NCBI GenBank assembly: GCA_965224025.1
Contig: OZ245033.1
Coordinates: 1,248,001-1,312,000 of the forward strand
Direction of reading: 5' to 3'
Length of the DNA: 64,000 nucleotides
Origin: Candidatus Multivorans sp.
GTDB taxonomy: Bacteria > Acidobacteriota > Thermoanaerobaculia > Multivoradales > Multivoraceae
The position numbers and the translations under genes are program-made. The notes under the pieces were generated by a model that saw only the letters and a program-made list of their open reading frames with translations, had not been told where the DNA came from and did not search any database. Of this stretch, positions 19,083 to 29,996 are shown one piece after another. How positions within the stretch are numbered: position 1 is the first letter of the stretch; each line of letters starts with the position of its first letter.

Positions 19083-20285
19083 TCAGCAACGTCGCCGCAA
19101 CTGGACCACCGTCTCCAGGTGGGCGGTCTGCGGGAAAATGTCGAAGAACGTGATCGACTCCAGGTCGAAGTCACGGGTCAGCTCGCCCAGATCTCGCGCC
19201 AGCGTTGCGGGATCGCAGGACACGTAGGTCAAACTGGCCGGCGCGGCCCGCAGCAGGGCCCGGCGGACGTTCCACGACAGACCGACGCGGGGCGGATCGA
19301 CCAGCACGCGATCGAGTCCCGGCTCCAGGCCCTGGCCGCCTGCCTTGCCGTCGACCCAACTCTCGACTGCGGCCCGCTCGACCCGGCAGTGGCGCAGGCC
19401 GTTCAGACGCAGGTTGTTCCTGGCGTAGCGGGCGGCGACCGATTCGCCTTCGACCGCCGTCACCGAACCGTAGCGGCCGGCGAGACCGACCGTGAAGAAG
19501 CCGACCCCTGCGTACAGGTCGACCGCCGTCTCGCCCTCGAAGCGGCCCACCGCCGATCGCGCCAGCGTCTCCAGCAATCCCCCGTGGGCCTGGAAGAAGC
19601 AGCGGGCGTCGAAGGTCACGCGGCGTCCCAGCAGTTCGACCTCCAGTTCGCCGCCCGGCAGCCCGGCCAAGGGGGGCGCCGCAACCACCGCGCTGTCTTC
19701 GTCGAAACCGTCCGTGGCCAGACTGAGGCGGCCCGGCGGGACCTGCCCGGCCTGCGCCTGGCCGTCCAGCAACCGCGGCAGTTCGGCCAACCGCGCTTCG
19801 AGCACCGGCGCCAGCACCGGGCACCGGTCGACCTGGACCAGCTCATGGCTGCGGCGACGGCGGAAACCGACGCCGGTCGCCCCGTCCGCGTCCTGTTCGA
19901 CATGGACCTGGGCCCGAAGGCGATAGCTCCACTGACGGTCTGCGACCGGCTCTTCGACGTGGCAACTCGCGAGCTGAGCCGGATCGATGCCGCCCAGCCG
20001 GCGCAGCGTCTCCATCGCCGCGGCGACCTTGAGGCCGAGCTGCGCATCGTCCTCGATGTGCTGAAGTTGGCAGCCGCCGCAGCGAGCGTAGAAGGGACAG
20101 GGAGCGTCCCGCCGAAGGGGGCCGGCTGAGATGACCCGTTCGATCTCGGCGCGAGCGTAGCTCGGCCGGCGTTCGGTGATCCGGGCGTCAACCAGATCGC
20201 CCGGCGCCGCCCGCGGCACGAAGATCGGCAGATCGCGCCAGCGCGCCAGACCGTCGCCGCCCAGCACGACCTTCTCGATGGTCAA
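19083..20285 (-). CDS. rlmD: TRAM-domain 23S rRNA m5U methyltransferase (RlmD/RumA family); start uncertain
   Basis: TRAM N-terminus, CPFYARCGGCQLQH Fe-S motif, FFQ, DLYAGVG, DPPR, YVSC, FPQTAHLE. Confidence 0.9.
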   Translation of the reverse strand: MTIEKVVLGGDGLARWRDLPIFVPRAAPGDLVDARITERRPSYARAEIERVISAGPLRRDAPCPFYARCGGCQLQHIEDDAQLGLKVAAAMETLRRLGGIDPAQLASCHVEEPVADRQWSYRLRAQVHVEQDADGATGVGFRRRRSHELVQVDRCPVLAPVLEARLAELPRLLDGQAQAGQVPPGRLSLATDGFDEDSAVVAAPPLAGLPGGELEVELLGRRVTFDARCFFQAHGGLLETLARSAVGRFEGETAVDLYAGVGFFTVGLAGRYGSVTAVEGESVAARYARNNLRLNGLRHCRVERAAVESWVDGKAGGQGLEPGLDRVLVDPPRVGLSWNVRRALLRAAPASLTYVSCDPATLARDLGELTRDFDLESITFFDIFPQTAHLETVVQLRRRC

Positions 20286-20479
20286 CTCGAGGCGGCCGAT
20301 TCCGGCCAGCGCGGCGAGGGTTTCCAGCCGTTCAGCCGAGAGAGGCTGTTTCCGCGGTTTCAGGGGATCGACCTCGCCCCAGAATCCCTCGGCAACGCCT
20401 CGACATTCTGGCCCAACTCATCCTCGCCAGGAGGCTGCGCGCTTGAGCTCACTTCGTTGCGTTCCGCTCGCGCAGCCTT

Positions 20480-20716
20480 CTAGCCATCCTGGCCGCCGCT
20501 ATGGCGCCGGCCGTGCGCCCAGGTCGGATCCCGGCTCGCGAACTCGTCCAGTTCGCTCGGCACCTCCACGAGTGTGCGGCTCAACTCCGGGTCGCACACG
20601 TCGTTCTCGCACTCGTAGACGTACACGTTCCAGTCGTCCCGGCGGCGGTAGGCGCACAGTGTCTGGTAGCTGTCGCAGTGGCCGCACTTGATCGAGAGGT
20701 TGCGGATGTTGATCAC
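20480..20716 (-). CDS. Small Cys-containing hypothetical protein (possible zinc ribbon)
   Basis: CGHC...CENDVC; co-oriented within the nrdJ-tlpA-rlmD run. Confidence 0.6.
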   Translation of the reverse strand: MINIRNLSIKCGHCDSYQTLCAYRRRDDWNVYVYECENDVCDPELSRTLVEVPSELDEFASRDPTWAHGRRHSGGQDG

Positions 20717-20768
20717 GGCGCGAACGGACCTCCTGCGACGCGGGAACCGGGCTGCCGGGCCTCCGGCC

Positions 20769-21293
20769 TCAGCCCGGTTCGACCGAGCGCGCTTCCTCGA
20801 TCGCGCGCCTCACCACGCTCGCCCCGACCAGACCCACGGAAATGTAGGACACCTCACCGAGCGGGTTCAGTACCAGGAGCGTGGGCAAAGCGTAGAGCTC
20901 CGCGCCGCGCATCACTTCTTCCTCGGGATCGAGCAGCACTGGATAGCCGAACGGTTTCTCGTCGACGTGCTTCTGAACCGTTTCCAGATCTTCGCCCGTG
21001 TTCAGGGCCAGGAATGTAACGCCCTGATCGGCGTACTCCGCGTGCAGCCTCCCCAGGATCTCCGCCTGAACGTCGCACGGCTTGCACCAGCTCGCCCAAA
21101 GGTCTACCACCACGACATCGCCGCGCAGGTCCGGCGGGCCCAGGCGCGATCCATCCAACGTGTCGAGCTGGAAACTCGTCAGGATCGGATCGAATTCCGA
21201 GACCTCCGGCACGCTGAGCCCGACGAAGACGACGAACGCTGCCCCCGTCACGCCCAAGCCCACCAGCAGCCCGATTGCAAGACCCCTTGTCAT
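20769..21293 (-). CDS. TlpA/ResA-family thiol-disulfide oxidoreductase
   Basis: N-terminal TM anchor, WASWCKPC, ALPT. Confidence 0.88.
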   Translation of the reverse strand: MTRGLAIGLLVGLGVTGAAFVVFVGLSVPEVSEFDPILTSFQLDTLDGSRLGPPDLRGDVVVVDLWASWCKPCDVQAEILGRLHAEYADQGVTFLALNTGEDLETVQKHVDEKPFGYPVLLDPEEEVMRGAELYALPTLLVLNPLGEVSYISVGLVGASVVRRAIEEARSVEPG

Positions 21294-21363
21294 CCGGGGC
21301 AGCCTAGCAGCCCGTGGCAGCCGCGGCAGCGCTGACCGCTGCCGGGCGGACCGACTTCGAGCC

Positions 21364-24225
21364 TCAACTGCAGCCGCTGGTGGCGCCGCAGTTCATGCAC
21401 TTGTAGCAACTGCCGTTGCGCACCATGATCGATCCGCACTCGTGGCAGGATGGCGCGTCCTGTTGCAACAGGAACGTGACCGGGGCCAGTTGGCCGGCGT
21501 CCCTTCCTGTTGCGGGCTCTTCAGCAGCCGTGCCGTTCGTCTTCCCGGCTTGCTTGGCCTCCGCTCGCGTGTCCGCGCGATGGATCACTCCCGCAATCTC
21601 CTGCGCCTCGGGCGACAGGAACTTGGACGCCAGCCACCTGAAGATGTAGTCCATGACCGACTTCGCCATCGGTATCTCGGGGTTCTTCGTGAAACCCGAG
21701 GGCTCGAAGCGGCTGTGCGTGAACTTGTCCACCAGGATCTGGAGCGGGACGCCGTATTGGAGGGCCACCGACACCGCCTGGGCGAAGGAGTCCATCAGGC
21801 CGGAGATCGTCGACCCTTCCTTCGCCATGAGCAGGAAGATCTCACCGGGCTGACCGTCCTCGTACAGACCGACGGTGACGAATCCCTCATGGCCGTTGAT
21901 CGAGAACTTGTGGGTCAGCGCGCGCCGCTCGTCGGGCAGGCGCCGGCGGGTGATGCCGGCCGCGATGCGGGCGTCCACGGCTGCCTGCAGATCGTCGCCC
22001 TTGGCCGACGCGTCGCTCGACGTCGACAGGGGCTGCGAGCGCTTGCAGCCGTCCCGGTAGATCGCCACGGCCTTCAGACCCAGCTTCCAGCCCTCGATGT
22101 AGGCGTCCTGGATCTCCTCGACCGTCGACTCTTCGGGCATGTTGATCGTCTTGCTGATCGCTCCGGAGATGAACGGCTGCGCCGCCGCCAGCATCCGCAG
22201 GTGTCCGAGATGATGAATGGACCGCGAGCCGTTGGCCGGTTTGAAGGCGCAATCGAACACCGACAGGTGCTCGTCAACGAGATGGGGCGCGCCCTCGATC
22301 GTGTCGTGGTCGTCGATGTACTCGACGATCTGCTGGACCTCGGACTTCTCGTAACCCAACCGCTCCAGCGCCAGAGGCACGGTGCGGTTGACGATCTTGA
22401 TCATGCCGCCGCCGACCAGCTTCTTGTACTTGACGAGCGCGATGTCGGGCTCGACCCCGGTCGTGTCGCAGTCCATCATGAAGGCGATCGTGCCGGTGGG
22501 CGCCAGCACCGAGATTTGGCTGTTGCGGATGCCGTTCCGCTCGTCCAGTTCGACCACGCCGTCCCACGATTTCTTGGCCGCGTTCAGGAGCTCGAGCGGC
22601 ACGTGCGCCGGGTTGACCTCCCGCAGCGCGGCGCGGTGGTTGTCCATCACTCGCAGCATCGGCGCCCGGTTCTTCTCGAAGGCCTCGAACGGACCCTTGA
22701 CCGCCGCAATCCGCGTGGACTGGAGGTAGGACGCGCCCGACATCAGGGCCGTGATGGCGCCGGCGTAGTCGCGGCCCGCCTCCGAGTCGTAGGGGAGGCC
22801 GCGGGCCATCAGCAGGGCGCCCAGGTTCGCGTAGCCGATGCCGAGCGGCCGGTAGGCGTGCGAGTTCTCCTCGATCCTCGGCGTCGGGTAGCTCGCGTTG
22901 TCGACGATGATCTCCTGCGCCGTGATCACGATCTCGCAGGCGTGCCGGAACGACGCCGTGTCGAAGCCGGAACCCGGATCATAGAACCGCATCAGGTTGA
23001 GCGACGCCAGGTTGCAGGCGGTGTCGTCCAGGAACATGTACTCGCTGCACGGATTGCTGGCGTTGATCCGGTCCGTGTTCGGGCAGGTGTGCCAGTGGTT
23101 GATCGTCGAGTCGAACTGCATTCCCGGATCGCCGCAGACCCAGGTCGACTCGGCGATCATGTGCAGCAGTTCCGCAGCTCGATGGCTGTCCATGGGCCGG
23201 CCGTCGGTCACCGCCGTCGTCGTCCACTCCGCGTCGTCCACCACCGCCCGCATGAACTCGTCCGTGGCGCGCACCGAGTGGTTCGCGTTCTGGTAGAAGA
23301 TCGAGTCGTAGGCGCCGCCGGGGACGTTGAAGCCCGCGTCGTAGCCGGCCTCGATCAGGGCCCAGGCCTTGCGCTCCTCGACCTCCTTGCAGCGGATGAA
23401 CTCCACGATGTCCGGGTGGTCGGCATCCAGGATGACCATCTTCGCGGCGCGCCGCGTCTTGCCGCCGCTCTTGATCACGCCGGCGAACGCGTCGAAGCCG
23501 CGCATGAACGACACCGGACCCGATGCCGTTCCGCCGCCGGCCAGCGTCTCGGCGGAGGAACGAAGCGCCGACAGGTTGCTGCCGGTCCCCGAACCGAACT
23601 TGAACAGCATGCCCTCGGTCTTGGCCAAGCCGAGGATCGACTGCATCGTGTCCTCCACGGAGTTGATGAAGCACGCCGAACACTGCGGGCGCTCCTCGAT
23701 CCCGACGTTGAACCACACCGGCGAGTTGAAGCACGCGTACTGGTGGAGAAGGATGTGGGTCAGTTCCGCGTGGAAGGACTCGGCGTCCGCCTCCGACGAG
23801 AAGTAGCCGCCCTCGCGCCCCCATGCCGCGATCCTGTCCGCCACCCGGGAGATCAACTGGCGCACGCTCGACTCGCGCTGGGCTGACCCCAACTGGCCGC
23901 GAAAGTACTTCGAGGCGACCACGTTCGTCGCGGTCTGCGACCAAGCCTTCGGCGCCTCGACGCCGAGTTGCTCGAACACGGACTCGCCCTTCTCGTTGGC
24001 AATCAGGGCATCGCGGATGTCCCACTCGACGCGGTCGAAGGGGTGGACGCCGGGCTCGGTGTACCGCCGCTTGATGGTCAGACCGGTAGGGCTCGAGGCT
24101 GGCGCCGGTGCGCTGGCGGCTTGCGCCGACCGCGCGGCGCCGGCCGCGGCGGGCGCGGCCAGTACCTCGCGATCCGTACCTCGCGTGACTCCTGCACCGT
24201 TCCAGTTGCCGCCACCATCCGCCAT
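21364..24225 (-). CDS. nrdJ: Class II (B12-dependent) ribonucleotide reductase with C-terminal TSCPD-like domain
   Basis: FNSPVWFN, SACFI, TRRAAKM, NPCSEY, APTGTI, YRDGCK; C-terminal CHEC...CMNCG. Confidence 0.96.
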   Translation of the reverse strand: MADGGGNWNGAGVTRGTDREVLAAPAAAGAARSAQAASAPAPASSPTGLTIKRRYTEPGVHPFDRVEWDIRDALIANEKGESVFEQLGVEAPKAWSQTATNVVASKYFRGQLGSAQRESSVRQLISRVADRIAAWGREGGYFSSEADAESFHAELTHILLHQYACFNSPVWFNVGIEERPQCSACFINSVEDTMQSILGLAKTEGMLFKFGSGTGSNLSALRSSAETLAGGGTASGPVSFMRGFDAFAGVIKSGGKTRRAAKMVILDADHPDIVEFIRCKEVEERKAWALIEAGYDAGFNVPGGAYDSIFYQNANHSVRATDEFMRAVVDDAEWTTTAVTDGRPMDSHRAAELLHMIAESTWVCGDPGMQFDSTINHWHTCPNTDRINASNPCSEYMFLDDTACNLASLNLMRFYDPGSGFDTASFRHACEIVITAQEIIVDNASYPTPRIEENSHAYRPLGIGYANLGALLMARGLPYDSEAGRDYAGAITALMSGASYLQSTRIAAVKGPFEAFEKNRAPMLRVMDNHRAALREVNPAHVPLELLNAAKKSWDGVVELDERNGIRNSQISVLAPTGTIAFMMDCDTTGVEPDIALVKYKKLVGGGMIKIVNRTVPLALERLGYEKSEVQQIVEYIDDHDTIEGAPHLVDEHLSVFDCAFKPANGSRSIHHLGHLRMLAAAQPFISGAISKTINMPEESTVEEIQDAYIEGWKLGLKAVAIYRDGCKRSQPLSTSSDASAKGDDLQAAVDARIAAGITRRRLPDERRALTHKFSINGHEGFVTVGLYEDGQPGEIFLLMAKEGSTISGLMDSFAQAVSVALQYGVPLQILVDKFTHSRFEPSGFTKNPEIPMAKSVMDYIFRWLASKFLSPEAQEIAGVIHRADTRAEAKQAGKTNGTAAEEPATGRDAGQLAPVTFLLQQDAPSCHECGSIMVRNGSCYKCMNCGATSGCS

Positions 24226-24371
24226 GGTCCTCTCCCTTCCTTTTTCTCAAGCCCGGTGTCGACGCACACCGACCCGGCGCGGCCTGCTCCGCGCCCTTCG
24301 TGAGCGTAGTGCCGTGCTTGGGGGGGGTGCGAGCTTGCATTGAAGCCAGAGGTTGAGTCTATCGGTACCTA

Positions 24372-24419
24372 GTCCAATATGTAGTGGTTGTCAAGGGGTG
24401 AAGGTACGAGATATGGCGA
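24372..24419. promoter_or_regulatory. Tandem NrdR boxes upstream of nrdJ
   Basis: gtcCAATATGTAGtgg (24372-24387) and gtaCGAGATATGGcga (24404-24419) match acaCwAtATaTwGtgt and are 32 bp apart. Confidence 0.8.
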
Positions 24420-24548
24420 TTCATGGAGGCATGCGGACTCATGGATGAGACGGAGAAGTTGCGGAGACGCCGGTTGTTTCCTGCGGATTCGAGCCTCCGG
24501 CAACCACTCTCCAGGCCAGGATTCGAGGCGGCGATAAGCTCCTTTGCC

Positions 24549-26117
<1,569 letters not shown>

Positions 26118-26139
26118 GCCACCGCCCCGAGGACCAGCG

Positions 26140-26415
26140 GTGAAGTCAGCCTACGAGAGAGCTCTCGAGAAGCTGGAGAGCAGCGGCATCGCCGCGCCCC
26201 AGCGGGATGCGCTGGACGAAGACCAGCGCCGGCGCATCGAGGACGAACGGACCCGCCACCAGGCGAAGGTCGCCGAACTCGAGATCCTGCACCAGAAGAA
26301 CCTGTCCCCCGATCCGGCCAAGCGGCACCAGGAAGAAGAGAACTACCGCGCCGAGAAGCGACGGCTCGCCGAGCGACTCGAGTCGAAGGTCGAACGCATT
26401 CGCCGCGGCGACTGA
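26140..26415 (+). CDS. Small coiled-coil hypothetical protein
   Basis: VKSAYERALEKL...AKVAELEIL; follows the mutase gene. Confidence 0.6.
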   Translation: MKSAYERALEKLESSGIAAPQRDALDEDQRRRIEDERTRHQAKVAELEILHQKNLSPDPAKRHQEEENYRAEKRRLAERLESKVERIRRGD

Positions 26416-26464
26416 GCCAGGCAGCCGGCGATCAATGTGTACGTCCAGAATCTCGTTCTTTGCT

Positions 26465-26719
26465 TCATCTTCCTGGCGGCTCGCCTGGCTCCTCAGGCGG
26501 CGCTACGGCTCCGGCCTTCTCCTGGTCTGGTTTGGAAGACCTCTCTGATCCATCCGTCGCAGCCCGTGGCTCCTCCCGTCCTCCCTTCGGCCCAACCTTC
26601 AGCCACGGCATGACCGCTTGATCCGCAGCGATCTCCGCTTCCAGACCAGGCTCGATCAGAGGCATCGGCGGAACGAGCGTCAGCGCGACGAGCTCCGCAT
26701 AGGTCCGGCTCTCCCCTTC
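26465..26719 (-). pseudogene. Remnant C-terminus of a third M23-partner paralog
   Basis: In frame behind the TAG at 26720: EGESRTYAELVALTLVPPMPLIEP resembles QGEAVTYASRFGLDLAPVVPPVP and DSESVTYLRRSGLDLVPVRPPVE. Confidence 0.5.
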
Positions 26720-28551
26720 CTAGCGAAGCAGCAGACTCTCGCCGAACCGCACGCCGATTGGCAGTCCCTGGCTGTCTCTGACGACCTCGGCGATCGTGCC
26801 GTGGTCGTCGCTCGCTTCGTCGAACCGGGCAGCAAAGAGCGCCGGGTCAACGCAACCGCCGGGCCGAGTCCGCAACCCATGGTGTTCGAGCTCGTCTCCC
26901 ACGCTCCCCCGGTCGCATGCGTCGAGCGGAAACCTCCGGTACGCCTCGGTCCGGGATCCTCCCCGGTCGTCCGAAATCCGAAGGCCCTCGGAGCTGATGA
27001 CGGTCGTCACCGTCATCGTCTGGCCGAGAACCTCGGTGAATTCACGCGACGCGAACTTCCCGTTGAGTTCGAGCTGGCGACTACTGTCGCGCCAGATCGT
27101 GTAGTGCATGTGATCTCCGCGCGAGTTTCCGCTGTTATTGGCGGTCCCAATCTGCTGGAAGGCCGCGACCGTATCTTCGACCTCAACACCGACGGTGTGC
27201 AGGTGGAGAAAGACGTGTTCCCTTCCAGCGGAGTCCACGATCCGCACGAAGTTCCCGTTAGGCGGGTATGTAGTCGCGAACGTTCGAGTATCCGGGTCCC
27301 AAGCGTTCGTGCCGTGGCCGCTCCCGGTCTCCGTCACACGTCCAGAAACTGGCGCCATCACAGCATCGCCCCGAGATGCACGAACATCGATGCCGCGATG
27401 AGACGGCCTTGCCGTGTTGCGACCTCCGTGGTCCGAACCGAGTGCGCGGTTGTCTTCCAGAGGGTTAGAAGAGACCCTCTCCGAGTTGACAAGTGAACTG
27501 GCATAGCAGGCGTCTATGGCGTCATCAGCCGGGTCGGTTCCGCCGTCGCGGTCATCATCGCCGCCACCGCCGCCGCCACCACCACCATCACCGCCGTCGC
27601 CGCCGTACCCATCACCCTGCCCACCAAGAGGAATGACGACCTCGATGCAAGAGCCTTCGATGACGATCCCGTCCTCCTCCTCGCACAAGAGCACTACGAT
27701 GCGTGGAGGACCACCCGCCAGCGGCGTCGCGACGTAGGTCACGGTCTCCGTAGCCGTCACGGTCAGGGAGTAGTCCCCGGGGCCGGGGTCGTACGGGTAC
27801 ACCACGACGCTGTGATTCCCCGCCGCCAGGTCGTCGCTCCAGGAGTCGTCCAGCGTGCCCCAGCGGTTCGTGCAGCGGCTGCTGCCTACACGGCAGTCGA
27901 AGTCGATCGTCAGGCCCGTCAGGGCGACCTCCACTTCGGCGGTCCCGGAGAGCGTGAAGCCGTGGGTCTGACCGGTCGAGACGCCCGTTCTGCTCACGTC
28001 GACCAGGGTCGTAACCCTGGTTTCGGTTCCGGTGCTGCCGCCGGTGCTCGGCGCCTGCACACCGATGGTGAGCGTGTAGTTCCCCGAGCCGCCGCCGTAC
28101 GGATACACCACGATCTTGTGATCGCCAGCATCGAGCGTGCCGCTCCATGAATCGTCCGCCGTGCCGCCATGGTTCGTGCAGAGATTGCCCGAAACCGGGC
28201 AGTCGAAGTCGGTCGTCATTCCGGTCAACTCTATCGACACCTCGGCGCGGTGGGACAGCGTGAGCGGATACGTCCTTGAACTCGACACGTTCACGCCCGT
28301 CTTCACGATCGGGCCGGTTGTCGGCGGCGGCGGCGGCGGTGGAGGTGGAGGCGGCGGCGGCGGTGGCGGCGGCACCGGGGCCGCGACGACCATAGTGAAC
28401 GTGACTGAATCGGTCGCGCCTGCGCTGTCCGAGACGCTGTACGTGATCGTGTAGGTGGTGTCGATCAGGACCGTCGGCAGCGCTCCCTTGGCCCGCCGCG
28501 TTGACGACGCGAACGCGGTCCCCGGAGGAAGGCCGGCCAGACTATAGGTCG
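26720..28551 (-). pseudogene. 5'-truncated orphan cassette of the polymorphic M23 protein (copy C)
   Basis: Homology to copy B starts abruptly at TYSLAGLPPG (~28551); no signal peptide; first ATG at 28393; HRGID...FLH...HMH M23 motifs. Confidence 0.78.
27723..28348. repeat. ~626-bp direct repeat (copy 1), encoding two PPC-like domains
   Basis: Matches 30752-31377 at offset 3029; only one mismatch noticed by eye (28208 G vs 31237 A). Confidence 0.92.
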
Positions 28552-28753
28552 GTATCGTCGAATCGGAACTCGATCCTGAGTCAATCGTCCGTGTAGTGCA
28601 CCAGGGAACGCAACTCAGTAGCCTCGGTTCCGGCCGCTCGGACCGTTCGCCACACGGGGCCCTCGCCCATCTCTCCGGCCCGTGCTGCCGCGAATGATGA
28701 CGTCTCGCCGTGGCTCCGCCGACCAGCTAGCCGGACATGCCAACAGCCAAACC

Positions 28754-29983
28754 TCATTCTTGCACCTTACTTCCGGGCGCCTGCTCTTCCTGTTCCCCGG
28801 CAGACGCGGCCTCTACCGGTGGACGGACCGGAACAAGATCCAAGCCGGACCGGCGGAGGTAGGTCACGCTCTCACTGTCTGCAGAGCGGCCGTTCTCGAG
28901 AACCGCCGAATGACGCCCGTTGGGACTCACCAACACGTCAATCCCGATCCCGCCACTAGGCGGCGAACCCGGAGTCCAGGCCGAAGCGTGGCGCTCCTCA
29001 AAGAGAGTCCACGGTTCACGCCACAAGTGCTCGATGCGGTAGCCGTCCTTCCCGTGCAGGACCCTGGCTGCCCCACGTTCGGCATGAGGCCTCCAACCAT
29101 CCTTGGTATCCAGTTCCCAGAACGGAGCGTTGGGGAACTCAGACAGGCCCAGGTCCCAGAGATGGTACGCGCGAAGCCTGCGACCGTCCTCGGCCCAGAG
29201 CACTTGTTCCTGGCTCTGCCAAGTGAAGTTCCATCGTGTCGACCCTTGAAGCACTGGCACTACATGCGGAGACGCTCCTTGGCTGAAATGCACGATGAAG
29301 CCGCCGCCACTCCACGGGACAAGCACCACAGGGCCACTCGTATCGAGGAACCAAAAATGACCCCACATCGGCAGCTCGCCCTTGTCCGAGTTTGGGAAAT
29401 CCACCAGTTCGACGCGTCCTGATGCCCCCGGCTTCCGAGCCGTCCTACCAAACGCGAACGTCACTCTGGCGCTTGTTTCATCCACTCTGCCGGCGTAGCC
29501 CCACATTCTGCCATCGCGAGAGACGATGGGAGCCACGCACTCTCTGCATTCCGGATCGTCCTCCCGGCTGTTCCAGCCCCATCGGAGTCGCACTGCGTCG
29601 CCCCGAACTTCAACTATGTCAAGCGTTCTTGCCGTGCGACCACCGATCGTCGGCCCACGCCACCCCGAAAGCAGAAGACGGCCGTCGCCTAGGAAGGTCG
29701 CCTGGTTGGTTCCCGAGTACGCTTCTCCAAGAGGGATTGCCTGAACCCGCTTCCGGCTCAAGCGAACCAGCGCCAAACGCCGTCCGGAGGACGCGAGCGA
29801 AGAGGCTCCAGCCTCTCCTACGGCATCGCCGTCAAGCGCCATTACTAGTTCTGTGCGACCGCTATCGTCCACAAGACCGCCAGCGTACCAGCTGCCCAAG
29901 GGAAGAGGCGTCACATCCGACGGCGACGCGGCAACGACCGTGGCGTAAACGGACCAACAGGCGACAGCAAAACCCAATGACAT
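28754..29983 (-). CDS. Secreted ~410-aa partner of M23 copy B (candidate immunity/accessory protein)
   Basis: AAGGAG RBS just after the M23 stop; signal-like MSLGFAVACWSVYATVVAA; paralog of 2371..3585. Confidence 0.75.
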   Translation of the reverse strand: MSLGFAVACWSVYATVVAASPSDVTPLPLGSWYAGGLVDDSGRTELVMALDGDAVGEAGASSLASSGRRLALVRLSRKRVQAIPLGEAYSGTNQATFLGDGRLLLSGWRGPTIGGRTARTLDIVEVRGDAVRLRWGWNSREDDPECRECVAPIVSRDGRMWGYAGRVDETSARVTFAFGRTARKPGASGRVELVDFPNSDKGELPMWGHFWFLDTSGPVVLVPWSGGGFIVHFSQGASPHVVPVLQGSTRWNFTWQSQEQVLWAEDGRRLRAYHLWDLGLSEFPNAPFWELDTKDGWRPHAERGAARVLHGKDGYRIEHLWREPWTLFEERHASAWTPGSPPSGGIGIDVLVSPNGRHSAVLENGRSADSESVTYLRRSGLDLVPVRPPVEAASAGEQEEQAPGSKVQE

Positions 29984-29996
29984 AGTGCTTCTCCTT

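Noticed and set aside
21082-23886. Long antisense or alternate-frame ORFs (e.g. 21082-23886, 33090-35942, 44450-46273, 51813-53885, 4515-6131)
   Set aside because: Shadows of real genes caused by high-GC codon bias; no recognisable motifs
26720-27050. Extra C-terminal toxin domain after the M23 domain of copy C
   Set aside because: No recognisable motif, and it runs in frame into a partner remnant, so it is more likely a deletion-fusion product; left unassigned
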